Shown: one piece after another, positions 26,335-39,939 of the stretch | Layout: every line of letters begins with the position of its first letter | Position numbering within the stretch: the stretch's first letter is position 1 | NCBI RefSeq assembly: GCF_006345805.1 | Contig: NC_042999.1 | Location: 10,664,001-10,728,000 of the forward strand | DNA: 64,000 nucleotides | Reading direction: 5' to 3' | DNA from: Octopus sinensis | Taxonomy: Eukaryota | Notes under the pieces: generated by a model | What the model saw: the letters and a program-made list of their open reading frames with translations, nothing else | The model's database searches: none | Told to the model about the DNA's origin: nothing | Program-made: the position numbers and the translations under genes

Positions 26335-26710
26335 CTGTCATCATCATTATTTACTGTCCAATTTCCCATGCTTGCAGGGGCCAGCTCTTCTGCAGCTGGA
26401 TGCCCTTCCTCTCACCAAACCTCCTCTGTTTCCAAACAAGATAATATTCCCCCACAGATTGAAATATCTTGCACAGAAGACCGGAAATGAATCATCATCA
26501 TTATCATCATTTAATATCTGCTCTCCATGCTGGCATGAGTTGGACAGTCTGACCAGACCTAGCAAGGTGGGGAACTGCACCAGACTCTAGCGTGGTTTCT
26601 ATGGTTGGATGCTCTTCCTAATGCCAATCGCTGCACAGTGTGCTAGGTGCTTCTACGTGCCACCAGTATGGGTGCCATTTGTGCGACACCAGTTTCTGCC
26701 ATGACAACGA
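26335..26710 (-). mobile_element. Two adjacent RTE-tailed fragments (SINE C tail and RTE terminus)
   Basis: Two (cat)n-started termini at about 26337 and 26492, each followed by ccatgct.gca..g. Confidence 0.6.
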
Positions 26711-28738
26711 TTTCACTTGGCTTGATGGGTCTTCTTTTCAAGCACAGCATAATGCCAAAGGTCTCAGTCATTGCCCCTGTGAGGCCCAACTCTCAAAAGC
26801 AGCTCAGCCACTTTGCCATGTATATATTCATATGGGTAGGGAGAGTGTGTATTTGTGTCACCTTATCTTGATATTATCATATGAGCATCACCATCCTACA
26901 GGTGGTGTCATTCATTTACAGTCTTCCATGAAATACACGGTCAAATACTACCTTGCTTGGAAACAGGTGTAGCTTGGTGGGAGAAAATCTGCCTCAACAA
27001 ATTCCATCAGACCCATGCAAACATGGAAAATTGTACATCAAAATGATGGAAAATCCATACCAACATAAATGGTTAGCACTCTAGCTGTGAAACCACCAAC
27101 TTATAATCACATTATTTTGTCACACTGCCCATGATTGGCACAAATAATTACACTTTGTTTAGTAAGAAAACTCAATAAATTTAAATGGCACAAAGGTCAT
27201 TGGCCCTTGTGTGAAGAGCAACACTTCAAATGTTGCAGTTTTCACTTCTTGTAGTAATTAAGCAATGAATTCCCTTTGGAATAATTACTGCTGACACAGA
27301 CCATCAACGTTTTCCATGGATTCTAGATTTTACCTCATCATTTTATTTACACTATAAGAGAGAGAGAGAGAGAGAGAGTGAATTGTTACAGCTAAAAATG
27401 TATTAGGAACTGCTATCCTTTCACAACATATCTGTGTGTGTGTAGAGAGAGACAGAGAGACAGAAAGAAAGACAGAGAGAGAGAGAGAGAGAGAGAGAAA
27501 GTGAGATAGTTGGTAAATTCCCCAAACTTACTGGAAAGCAATAATCTCATTTTAAAAATCCTCTTTGGGTAATCGTTGAGAGGATGTTGGTTAGCCTTGG
27601 CGGAGGTTCATGCTCTCTGAGTGCTCTTGTTGAATTTGTCAGTAGATGCTTCCTTGGCATCAGGCACAGAACAAATGTCAATGATGGAGGGAAACAAGGC
27701 TGAATCAGTTTGAATTTCATCACTGGACACCACAACATGAATTAACTTTTATTTCCACGGCAAGAGATTTGCTGCAAGAATTTGGTTTACATGAAGACTT
27801 CTTGGACACTGCTGGGCTACATTGAGGGAATCTCTTGTTTTGTAGCTACTGACAAATCCCCTTTTGTGAAAGGGCTTTTGTACATGTGTGAATAGCCACC
27901 CATGCAGGTAACACCATATGGCTGCTCCTTAGAGAAATAGGTACATCTGTTAGCTGTACTATTTGCAGTGCTGCGACTCCTTAAGAACTGATGTTCAGGT
28001 GAAAGAAGAAAATCAAAAGGAGAGGGAAGTGCTAAGCTACCAGACAGACCCACCCAACCCCACCCTGAAAGATAACTAGTAATACATTTGGATCTTTTAC
28101 AAGTCAAACTTCAAAGGTTCGTGTAAAGAATAAGTTCACCCGCTGCCTCAACCATCATCGGCCAACTCAGCCCAGTTCTTCCACCGTCAACACAACATCA
28201 TTGCCATCATTAACTCCCTCCCCCCTCTAAATATTTTCATGATAAACTGTTTGGGATGATATGAATTTTTGACATGTAATAATTAACAAGGCAAAATATC
28301 TTACTTCAGTCAACAAAAATGATAAGAATCAGCTTTAAAATGTCCGTGTGTGCGTGTGTCCGTGTTTGTGTGTGAGTCAATGTGCGTGAGTGCGTTATAC
28401 ATGTTAGCCATACCACAATCCTACATTGATTCCTTACATAATATAGATACCCTAAAATTGGGCAGAAACCAACAGCAAGTGCGTGTGTGTGTGTGAGTCT
28501 AAACAATATAATTTCCCACTCAGGGAAGGTTGCAGAGAAATGATAATTTACTGAGAATCAAATATTGGGAAAGATGTCTTTTGGTATTCCTCACCAAGAG
28601 ACTAACAATCACGTTGCAAGGGAGGCAACTACTGACAAACTGAAGATACTTCGTTGAATGCGTGTGTGCAGAGGGTTGCCAGCCCTTCACAAAACCATTC
28701 TTTTTCTCTCTTCTCCACATTTCCCCTGCAAAATCAAA

Positions 28739-28973
28739 GGTAGTACTTGAGAACAGTAGTACTCGCGCATCCGCGCTAGCCAGTCGTGACTAGTCGATCC
28801 TTACTTTGTGTTTTATTTACTTTGTCTAACAAAAATGTTTTAAAAAATTATTTATTTTGTGTTTTATTTACTTTGCTTGGTAGTCGTTGTAGGATCGACT
28901 AGTCACGACTAGCTAGCGCGGATGCGCGACTACGCGAGTGCGCGCACCGGGACCACTGTTCTCAAGTAGTACC
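28739..28973. mobile_element. CpG-rich MITE of unassigned superfamily
   Basis: 19-bp TIRs (28739-28757 / 28955-28973, 1 mismatch) and 39-bp inner inverted arms (28763-28801 / 28891-28929, 1 mismatch) around an AT-rich core. Candidate TSD is CAAA, or AAATCAAA/AAATGAAA. Confidence 0.85.
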
Positions 28974-29482
28974 CAAATGAAATCTATTTTGCTACCTAAT
29001 CTCATAATTTCCCTCTTTTCCACAGATTTGGTTTAAAGATCCTTCACAAGGATTATCATCTCCAACATCGCTGCAATTAGTAACCGACCAAACAAATAAA
29101 CACAGATGCGTTTTGTTTCCCGTTTTTACCCAAAAATCATGTCACCAGAGAAAAAAACCCAAAAAAACGGGGAAAAGAAGAGAACTCACAATGATGCCAT
29201 TCGTACGGGTGTGTACACACGTGGACGAATAAATAAATAAATAACGGGTGGTTGGGTGTAAGGAGAGAGAAAAAGGGAGAAGTGCATCAAATTCGCTGGC
29301 GATTTGAACTTTTATAACTATTCCGATATAAGATAATAAACAAACAAACTGAAATCGAATAAACTCTACACAGATTTTTTAGTCATTAAACCACAAGCTG
29401 TAACAGGCTCTCTCTCTCTCTCTCTCGACATCTCTCTCTATATCCATACAGAGGAACACAGATGTGTGTGTGTATGTATGAA

Positions 29483-29520
<38 letters not shown>

Positions 29521-29669
29521 AATATATATATATATGTGATCAAAATAATCACCCCATTTGATTTATATGGATAATACCTTACAAAATTCTGGTGCCTTTA
29601 ACTTAAGTACCGTATTCATCTGAATCTAAATTTTGCTGAACTTATATATATATATGTGTGTGTGTGTGT

Positions 29670-29715
29670 AACCCATGCTAGCATGGAAAACGGACGTTAA
29701 ACGATGATGATGATA
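29670..29715 (+). mobile_element. Minimal (about 45 bp) RTE terminus inside a microsatellite
   Basis: aacccatgctagcatggaaaacggacgttaaacgatgatgatgat flanked by (TA)/(TG) repeats. Confidence 0.85.
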
Positions 29716-29836
29716 TATATATATATATACACACGGTGGGGCATGTGGCGTGTGAGTTCAAGTATTAGTTATATTTATTCAACATTTTCAACCATATCTC
29801 CGCCGCACAACATCTGCTGTGCAGAAAGTTAGAAGT

Positions 29837-29885
<49 letters not shown>

Positions 29886-29912
29886 GAGACAGAGAGAGAG
29901 AAAGAGAGAGAG

Positions 29913-29943
<31 letters not shown>

Positions 29944-30299
29944 CAGTGATATTATTAAATAAGTCAAAAATAGATTCTTGTGCACCCAATAAGGATAAAA
30001 TGTTACAAAAAGGTTACAAGAGACACCCCAAGTTTCCAACATACCCCCAAAACAACAGTGCCAGGTTCACATAAATAGGCTAGTTATTTCCATCAATACA
30101 CCTGATGTACTTTAGATTTTCAAATAAGGTAACACCTCAGGTTACCTAACATTTTTTTCAACAACTTCATTTCATCTAAATCATTAGAATAAGACATATT
30201 AATCAATTATGAACACACAGGAACCAAACATTAAGTACTTTTCAGTAGGTTTGTTCAGTGGAGACGGATGTTTTTCTAGATCAATTTCCCACAAAGCAG

Positions 30300-30990
30300 G
30301 GAAACTAATCCTCATTTTCTCAGGGTTGCAACAGGTTAGATTTTCTATGGCTGGATACCCTTCCTGTCATCACCTGGTTTTAAATGAAATAATATTTCCT
30401 TATGGTCAGACTGTTTTTGTGGAAGATTGGAAACAAAGGCACAGCTTGTATGACAGTGATGCTCATTGGCAAGAATCATTCCATCATCATCATCGTTTAA
30501 CGTCCGTTTTCCATGCTAGCATGGGTTGGATGGTTCGACCGGGGTCTGGGAAGCCAGGGGCTGCTCCAGGCTCCAGTCTGATCTGGCAGAGTTTCTACGG
30601 CTGGATGCCCTTCCTAACACCAACCACTTCGCGAGTGTAGTGGGTGCTTTTTACGTGCCACCTGCACAGGTGCCAGGGGGGGTCCAGCATTGGCCACGAT
30701 CGGTTGGAGCTTTTAACGTGCCAGCGGCACGGAAGCCAGCCAAGGCGGCGCTGGCAACGTTTGGATGGTGCTTTTTATGTGCCACCGGCACAGAAGCCAG
30801 TCGGAGTGGCGCTGGCATCGGCCACGTTCGGATGGTGCTTTTTATGTGCCACCGGCACGGAAGCCAGTCGGGGCGGCGCTGGCATTGGCCACATTCGGAT
30901 AGTGCTTTTTATGTGCCACCGGCACAGGCATCACAACTTCTATTTCCATTGATATTTATTTCGACGTTCATGTTTATGTACTTGACTCAA
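30300..30990 (-). mobile_element. RTE 3' fragment with five hairpin modules, adjoining a SINE C tail fragment
   Basis: Terminus at about 30481; gtgcc module starts at 30655, 30718, 30779, 30846 and 30913. Confidence 0.8.
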
Positions 30991-31577
30991 CAGGTCTCCT
31001 CAAGCACAGCGGGACGTTCTGGGATCCCGGGTACTTTGGACAGGACAAAAAGATTCTAAAACGCACACACACACACATGCTTATATTATATATGTAGGAC
31101 TTCTTCCAGTTTCTGCTGACCAAATCCACCGTAGCACTGGGACAACCAAGCAGTGGTACACCACATGGAACCACATGGTTGGGAAGCAAACTGCTTAACT
31201 GTACAGACATGCTTGCATCAGCTGCAAGGGACGAGAGAGTCAGAGGACAAGAATTAAATAAAATTCTTACTTTAAAAGGCAGAAAATCATGAAATCACCG
31301 TCACACCGCTACTTGCAAAAATGTGTGTGTGTGTGTGTGTGTTATGTATGCAAAACCATTAAGATTAAAACAGGAATTGTTAAATAAATATATAATAGTA
31401 TATTGCTTAATTTCTTGAAAGAAGACTATTTTTAGAGAAGGCAGAAATGTGTCAAAACCTGTGAGAAGAATGATGAGACAAGAGAAAGGAAAAGAATAAG
31501 ACCGATTCCAGTTTGTCATATAATTTACAACAGGCATCAAAATATATAGGTTTAGCAAAGGGAATTAGCAACCATCG

Positions 31578-31583
31578 AGAGAG

Positions 31584-31643
<60 letters not shown>

Positions 31644-31765
31644 GGAGAGAGAGAGAGAGAGAGGGGGGAGAGAGAGAGAGAGGGGGGAGAGAGAGAGAGG
31701 AGAAGAGAGAGAGAGGGGAGAGAGAGGAGAGAGAGAGGAGAGAGAGAGAGAGAGGAGAGAGAGAG

Positions 31766-31797
<32 letters not shown>

Positions 31798-31812
31798 GAG
31801 AGAGAGAGAGAG
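31578..31812. repeat. Long imperfect (GA)n microsatellite
   Basis: Directly visible. Confidence 0.98.
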
Positions 31813-32435
31813 CTTAAGAATATGCACAAGTTCTTTTTACAGAAAGTCTGATTAAGCACCAATCTGATACATCAAGAATCATGCAACACAATTAAATAGA
31901 GAAGGTCAGGGTCGGCAGTAAGTGCAATGGATTCTGAATAGAATAGATTGAAACTCTGTTGCCTGTGTGATGGACAAAAGGTTATTGAAGACGATATTTA
32001 TGGAAAGAGACTGTTTCATAAAACGATAAGTTTCACTGAAGAAAACATTATCCGTCTCTGTTAAAAAAAAAAAACCCAACTATCTTCTTTAATAATCTGC
32101 AGAAAGGAAATGGCTTTGAAATCTGTTGGGGGGAGCCAGATGCTGGACAGTGGAATGGTTGTGTGAAGGAAGCATGTTAAACAGCGTTCCGTGGCAGGGA
32201 TCAGATATGGTTCCTCTCGACAATGTCTGCTGGGGATGTGCTGTAATTTAAGAAGTATTTTCTTAGCACTTATTGAAAACAAGCCGAATGAATCATGCAA
32301 AACTACAAACAATTCGGGATATTGAAGGGTTCGAGTCAGTATTTAACCAAAGTACATACTCCAAATATATTCTCTCTACTGCATGTGGTTGTGTGAGTGT
32401 GTACACACAAATGAAGGTAAGTATGTGTATATATA

Positions 32436-32854
32436 GGCACAGGAGTGGCTGTGTGGGAAGTAGCTTGCTTACCAACCACATGGTTCCGGGTTCAGTCCCA
32501 CTGCGTGACACCTTGGGTGAGTGTCTTCTACTATAGCCTCGGGCCGACCAATGTCTTGTGAGTGGATTTGGTAGACGGAAACTGAAAGAAGCCTGTCGTA
32601 TATATGTATATATTTATATGTGTGTGTGTGTATGTGTTTGTGTGTCTGTGTTTGTCCCCCTAGTGTTGCTTGACAACCGATGCTGGTGTGTTTATGTCCC
32701 CGTTACTTAGCGGTTCAGCAAAAGAGACTGATAGAATAAGTACTGGGCTTACAAAAGAATAAGTCCCGGGGTTGAGTTGCTCAACTAAAGGCGGTGCTCC
32801 AGCATGGCCGCAGTCAAATGACTGAAACAAGTAAAAGAGTAAAAGAATAAAAGA
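32436..32854 (+). mobile_element. Full-length SINE family A (tRNA-like head, CORE-like block, internal TA/TG microsatellite, AAAAGA(G/T) tail)
   Basis: A-box-like TGGCTGTGTGG, B-box-like GGTTCAGTCC, ccttgggtgagtgtcttct block, microsatellite at 32598-32650, then the 3' body and tail. Confidence 0.9.
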
Positions 32855-33429
32855 GATATATATATACGTGTGTGTGTGTGTATTTATATATGCATACACA
32901 TGTATGTGTGTGAATATATGCCTATGTAATGTGTAAAATATGTGCAAGTACATCATTGTGTGTGTGTGTGTGTGTTGTGTGTGTGTGTGTACACAACTTG
33001 CTATGCTTTAGAATGTTTTCTTCTTGCAGTTGTGATCCCAATATCTGCAGCCTTAATTCTACAGATGCCAGGCACATCCTGCAACAGAATGGCGGTTGCT
33101 TTCTGGTGGGAAAGAGAAGAATATCAAGAGAGGGGAACATGATGAACATCATTTTAAAGTATTAATGAACTTTTCCAGATGTCATAAAATATTAAAAAAC
33201 CAAGTTATCTTCCAAATTCCTTGTCTTCACTTTGGAATATAATCGCTCCTTGAGGAAAGAACTGATAATGAAACCAAAACGATCCATGAAAATACAGGAA
33301 TAGATTTGGGTATTCTTCCAAATAAGAAAAATGAATTTGTAAATACTTAGGAGTCACTTATCAAATGTCATTAAAGGAAAATATATTAATTTAATATTCT
33401 CTTCAGTTAAATCTTTTCATTTCATAAAA

Positions 33430-33982
33430 TAATAATAATAATAATAATAATAATAATCCTTTCTACTATAGGCACAAGGCTTGAAATTTGGGGTAGGGGA
33501 CTAGTCGATTACGTTGACCCCAGTGTTTCACTGGTACTTAATTTGTCGACCCTGAAAGGATCATAGGCGAAGTTGACCGTGTCAGAATTTGAACAGCGGC
33601 AGACGAAATACCGCTAAGCATTCTGCCCAGCCTCTCAACGCTTCTGCCAGCTTGCTGCTTTATTCACAAATGATATCAAAGTAAATAATAATAATAATCC
33701 TTTCTATTATAGGCGCAAAGCCTGAAATTTGGAGGGAGGGGACAGGCTGATTGCATCGATCCCAGTGTATAACTGGTGCTTAATTTCTCAACCCTGAAAG
33801 AATGAAAGGCAAAGTCAACCTCAACAGAATTAGAATTCAGAATGCAGCAGCAGCAGACAAAATACCATTAATCATATACCGCCTGCCATGCTAACAATTC
33901 TGCCAGCTCGCCATCGGAAAAGTGAATAATAATAATAATAATAATATAATAATAATAATCCTTTCTACCATAGGCACAAGGC
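33430..33982 (-). mobile_element. Three head-to-tail SINE family B copies (third is tail only)
   Basis: (aat)n-cctttcta..ataggc.caa.gc termini at about 33457, 33697 and 33960. Confidence 0.85.
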
Positions 33983-34149
33983 TGATGCAGTACCAGGCAG
34001 TGGTTCTCGTGGCGTCTGATCTTAACTGACTGAAAGTGTTATCATGTACATTGTTTTGCCTTGGCATAAAAGATGGGCTACAGCAAATATCCTGTGAAAT
34101 GGTTTCTAAAGCTGATCCATCCACTTGAAAACTACAGATTGACAAAATC

Positions 34150-34765
34150 AACAAACTCTCTTTTGTGTTTCAATCATGCAGCCATGCTGGGGAACCACTT
34201 TGAAGAATTTGGGTTGAACAAATCGACCCCAGGACTTATTATTCTTTTTTTTGTAAAGCTTGGTATTTATTCTATCAGCTTCTTTTGCTGAATCACTAAG
34301 TAATAGGGACATAAACGTACCAACACCAGTTATCAAATGGTGATGGGGGCGCAAACACAGACACACACATATATCATCATCATCATTTTATGTCTGCTTT
34401 CCATGCTGGCATGGGTTGGATGGTTTGACAGGAGCTGGTCAGCTCTCCAGCTGCCCAGGCTCCATGTGTGCTTCGGCATAGTTTCTATGGCTGGATGCCC
34501 TTCCTAATGCCAACCACTTTAGAGAGTGTACGGAGTGCTTGCTTTTACGCAATACCTGCACAGGTGTTTTTACGTGGCACCAGCACAGGCACATACATAC
34601 ATACATACACACAGAACAGGCTTCTTTCAGTTTCCACCTACCAAATCCACTCACAAGGCTTTGATCAGCATGAGACTATAGAAGATATTGGCCCAAGGTA
34701 TCCCACAGTGGTATTGAACCCAGAACCATGTGGTTTGAGAAACAAACTCGATACCACACAAACAT
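34150..34765 (-). mobile_element. SINE family A split at its internal microsatellite by an RTE 3' fragment (about 34372-34580)
   Basis: SINE 3' body at 34150-34365, RTE terminus with (cat)n, then SINE head at 34615-34765, all on the minus strand. Confidence 0.75.
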
Positions 34766-35829
34766 TTTGAAACAGCATTTGAGATCATTAAACAGAATTG
34801 ATTTGACTCAGCTACGTTGATTTCTGTAAATAATTACAGAGATATTATGGCAATGTTGCAAAGAGTCACACTAATGGAGGGGGCCATTTTAGCCAATATA
34901 GAGAAAGGGCTTCGTTTAGCTCTCAGTGTTAATTTCAGGTTAAAGTTATTCTAGGAAGTGTGGACAGCAAGAAACAATGGTTCCCAGAGAAAGAGTCAAA
35001 GATAGGGTTACTACTGTCATTGATACTAAAGATATTATTTGCTGAAGCAACACACACACAAAGTTACATTGTATGTCAAAGGAAGGGAGTAGTTTTCTGG
35101 GTCAGGGGATAACAAAAAAAAAAAGAAAAAAAAAAGGCAAAACAAAGAGAATGTCAATGAGGATTAGAGATTTGGAATCTTACTGTCAACAATGTTTCTA
35201 TGCAAGGAATCCAGACAGAAAATCAAAACTGTATTAAAAAAGCTATCAACACATAATCCAAAGAAAGTTAAGACTGTATAAGAAATACAGAGCACAGCAG
35301 ATAAAAACCTCTTGTATTTACACAGCCATTTGCATGATGCTGATGTGGTTAAGCAGGTGGTAACAAGGGTCTCTTGGAGCTGTTTCAGTGTTCTTTTCCA
35401 GTTACCAGCATATCCTGAACTAGCACACACTGTAGTTTTTGTTGAGATGTTTACTAAGAATGGTAAATTTGGGAGTTTTCATTTATTTATCTATTTTTCT
35501 TGCTTCACCTTGTACACAATGCCCTGCTAAATCAGAAACACTACCTACTCTGCTTATACAAATTCAATGAAAATAAAGTCATATATATATAATTTATTAT
35601 TTGCATATTATATTCTTCAATATTTCTAAAAGGTCATGGAGAAAAACTAACCTAGTTAAGAACTGAATTAACCATCATTTCATTTTGTTCTGCTCAAATT
35701 GGTCAGCATTCTTCCAGGTACAGACCCATGACATGGTTCCAAAATCAGAGACATGTTCCCAAAAGGCAAAGGACAATATTTCCTTTGGCAGTATATCTCA
35801 TCAACATTATCACTGTTCCGATGCCAACT

Positions 35830-36180
35830 TTTCTATGCTTCCAATGGTCTGACAGCTTTCTACAGCTGGATGCCCTTCCTGGTACCAATTCTCAAATATT
35901 TCCAAATTAGGTAATATCTACCCTGGGTCAGACATGTTTTTCATGGAAGACTGGAAACAAACAATATCATTTGTATGACTTGTTTACAACCATGTGATAT
36001 CTAGACAAAGGGACACACCAACACATATAGCATGGGCTTATTCTACAGTTCCCATCTTCCAGATCCACTCACAAGACATTGGTCAGCCCAGAGCTGTGGT
36101 AGTAGACACCCAAAGTGCCTTAAATTGAACCCAAAACCATATGGTTGGGAAGCAAGATTCTTAGCCACACAGCCATGCTC
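35830..36180 (-). mobile_element. SINE family C
   Basis: Head GCATGGCTGTGTGGCTAAG at 36179; the RTE-like block cagctggatgcccttcct lies at the 3' side. Confidence 0.7.
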
Positions 36181-36941
36181 TAACTTATCAATGCAAAATA
36201 TCTTAATCATTGCAAATCAAAAAATTCCATTCAAATCAGTTATGTTAATTCTGTCCACTAATCAGCATAAAATTAACTGCTGAATCATCATCCTATAACA
36301 AAAGAGATTTATTAGCATCGCTCGTAGAGTTTAGTCTCCTGCTAAAAGCTAAGCATCCAGATACATATCTCTGCACAAAGGCATCGTCTCTGATGTGAAT
36401 ATTAGCAATGGCATTAAAAAAAAAAAGTAGGGGAGTAGGAATTACAATAAATATAATATTTTTCTGAATATCTCAGCCCCATTATCAGGACTCATTTTCC
36501 ACATGTATCAAAAGCAATATTCAATAAGGAACCAAATACTTTTTGTTCATTGATTGTCACTGGACTGAAGCAAAAAAAGGCCTTCTAAACTATTTCAAGG
36601 GAAGTAAGAGATATAAATTAATTAATTAATATAGATAATGATAATAACAACAACAACAATAAAGAAAAACTGATCAAAGGCTTATAAAGCAACAAGAAAT
36701 ATTCAATATCTGAAATTTGATTTTGTTGTTTGTTTCAGTTAGTTAATAACATCTTAATTTCTTTTTATGTGTTTCTGGTAACATAAATATATTTCTGAAT
36801 CAATCGTTCTACAATTCACACACATTTATGGAGCTGAGTAGAATAAAACTAAGTACTGTAAAACATTCTATGAGTAGCCCAAGAAAACCAAACAAACAAT
36901 GACTTGTATTATAGTTACAAGAGTATTGTGTGTGTGCGTGC

Positions 36942-36992
<51 letters not shown>

Positions 36993-37178
36993 CAATTTGT
37001 ATAGAAAGACAATAGGGTTTTATCCAGAGAGGTCAAAGAGCTTACAACTGGCACTTGAACCATCTTACACAAATATATTTATTACATGTTTCTGCAGAGA
37101 GTGAAATCAAATGTTATGATTAAAAATATTTGTAGGTTCAATTCTAGCCTAAGAGTGAGTATGTACACATGTACATAT

Positions 37179-37240
<62 letters not shown>

Positions 37241-37404
37241 GAAGTTCAAAGACAGTTAGAGAATACAGCAATTGAAACACAGTGTAGCTGGAACACACTA
37301 GATGAGGTTAAGAATACAATTAATGCATTATAACTATTCCAGGAAAATAAGCTCATTTTACATCCCTCTTCAAATTTACAACTATATAATTGTATTATTA
37401 CAAA

Positions 37405-38375
37405 ATACCTAGGTGACCAAGTCAGTAGCGGGGGAGGGTGTACTGAAAGTGTAGGTGCTAGAATATGAAGTTCAGCTGTTAGAATAAGAGTTTCAGACAG
37501 CTCTTACCTCTGCTGGCGACAAAGGGCCTCTCGCTCAGAGTAAAAGGTAGACTGTATGACGCATGTGTACGAACAGCCATGCTACATGGCAGTGAAACAT
37601 GGGCCGTGACTGTTGAGGACATGTGTAAGCTCACAAGGAATGAAGCCAGTATGATCCGATGGATGTGTAATGTCTGTGTGCAAACATGACAGAGTGTAAG
37701 TACCTTGAGAGAAAAGTTGGACCTAAGAAGCATCAGTTGTGGTGTGCAAGAGAGACATTTGTGCTGGTATGGTCATGTGGTGAAAATGGATGAAGATAGT
37801 TGTGTGAAAAAGTGCCACACCCTAGCAGTTGAGGGAACCTGTGGAAGAGGTACACCCAGGAAGACCTGGGATGAGGTGGAGAAGCACGACCTTCGAACAT
37901 TAGGTCTCACTGAGGCAATGACTAGTAACCGAGACCTTTGGAAATATGCTGTGTTTGAGAAGACCCAGCAATCCAAGTGAGACCATAACCTCGTGGCTTA
38001 CGCCAGAGGTGTAACCAGCTCACTTATGCGTACCTTTCCTTCATTGGACACTAAACTCTGCTTGCGAAGACCTGTTGAAGCAAGTGAAATCGAAATTGAA
38101 ATCAAATTCAATGACTGGCAGCCATGCTAGTGGAGCACTAAGAGACCATCCGAGCGTGATCATTGTCAGAGCAGCTGACTGGCTTCCATGCCAGTGGCAC
38201 GTAAAAAGCACCATTCAAGTGTGACCGTTACCAGCATTGCCTTACTGGCATCCAGCTGTAGAAACTCTGCCAGATCAGATTGGAGCCTGGTACAGCCATC
38301 TGGTTTGCCAGTCCTCAGTCAAATCGTCCAACCCATGCCAGCATGGGAAGTGGACGTTAAACGATGGTGATGATA
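37405..38375 (+). mobile_element. 5'-truncated, frameshifted RTE LINE copy
   Basis: Colinear with 9355-10524 (YLGDQVSSG...MLHGSETW...EKLDLRSISCGVQER...), with 3' UTR and gatggtgatgat tail. Confidence 0.92.
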
Positions 38376-38499
38376 ATGTTATATATTTAAATAATATAGT
38401 ATGATATTTTTAAATAATAAAATAATAAATGAAATGAGGACTACATGATAGTGAATACACGTCCTCTGAATACAGAGGACATGTGAAAAGCAGAGAGGA

Positions 38500-39835
38500 A
38501 AGAAATTAGTATGCTCCATTGGATGTGCAATGCCGGTGTGCATGTAGGACAAGGTGCTAATGAATTGAGGGGAAACAGATGTAGAGAGATGCAAGAGAGA
38601 AAACTGTGCTTCTGGTTTGGTCATGTGATGGATATGGATGAGGAGGGTTGCATAAAGAGGATGGCACTTGTAGAAGACCAAGGAAGACATGGGACAAAGT
38701 GTTGAAGGCTGATCTTATGATGCTGGACCTTACACAAGAGATGGTAAAGGACCAATATGATTGGGGTTTTGCAGTGCCTGAGACGACACATCAATAATAG
38801 CAAAAATAATATCCTAAAACTACTTTGTTCTGCTTGTCTATGCTGGGCCCTGTCCTTCCATTCTCTCTGGCACTTCAAGCATCCTCGCCCAACTTCCACC
38901 TCCTAACACCTATCATTCTCCTCCATCTATGGTACTATTCGGCTGCTGTAATCACCTGAGAACAGAATCAGCACATAGTACATCTCCTCCCTTCCAGCCT
39001 CCTTCTGCCCCTTTGGAACCACCTCTATTCCATTCATAGCATCCCTGCTCACACTATTTTAACCAATAAACCCTCTTTCTGTGCTTTCAGTCATTGCTCT
39101 CCCACCCCACCTCTCTCTCCTACTCCATTTCAAACACTCCACTTATCTGCTATCATTCTCAATATCCACCCCTATCTATCATCATGACCCACCCACCTAT
39201 TATAGCCCCTTATGTATCCGTATAACTCCCCCTCCACTGCTCCCACACCTTGCACATACAATTGAATTCTCCTTCCTGGGCCACTTCTATATTTCCTACC
39301 TTAGTTCTCTAGATTTTTCCACCCCCATCAACCATACACCCACCCTTCACTACATTAACCTCTACCCCCACCTACTTCCTTCCCACTCACCCTCTCATTC
39401 CCTCCCATGACCCACTCTCCATATCTTCTTCCCTTGTGCTCAACCTCTTATAGCTTGAGAGTTCGCTCAAGCTCTCCATCACTCCATCCCTTTTATCTCC
39501 TTTAGCTAAGTTTCTCCTCTACAGCAAGACATCATACCTGAGTCTTTTAACACCTGGCGCAAGGCCATCCACTTCTACCTTCCCTTCTTAAATACTCCCC
39601 TCTTAGTAGTGAGAGCTTTTTCCTTTCTTGTCTTGCAGGCTACACACAACCTCACCAGTACCAGTGGCATGAAAACAAAAAGCATCCAGTACACACTTCA
39701 AAGGGGTTGGCATTAGGAAGGGCGTCCGATCATGTCATGGTTTAGATTGGAGCTCAATGTGGCATTGTGGCTTGCTAGATCTTAACAAACTGGCCAACCC
39801 ATATCAGCATGGAAGATAAATGTTAAATGCTGACG
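38500..39835 (+). mobile_element. Older RTE subfamily copy: RT C-terminus, about 0.8-kb C/T-rich 3' UTR, degenerate terminus
   Basis: MLHWMCN..ERKL.WFGHVMDMDE..C.K remnants at 38511-38705; terminus ggttggcattaggaagggc...aacccatatcagcatggaa..atgttaaatgctgacgag. Confidence 0.7.
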
Positions 39836-39939
39836 AGGAGGGTTAGGGTCAAACCTCTCAGCATTCACTTTCTTGGCCATGAACTTGATGGGAAGTTTCT
39901 CTGTCACACCCAGTAATAGAATTAAATAATAGAATTATT

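Noticed and set aside
27817-27994. Possible poison or terminal exon after a pyrimidine tract (FLRSRSTANS...)
   Set aside because: Only an acceptor-like signal supports it; no homology or donor.
31452-31862. ORFs rich in RE or SL dipeptides
   Set aside because: Translation of a (GA)n microsatellite.
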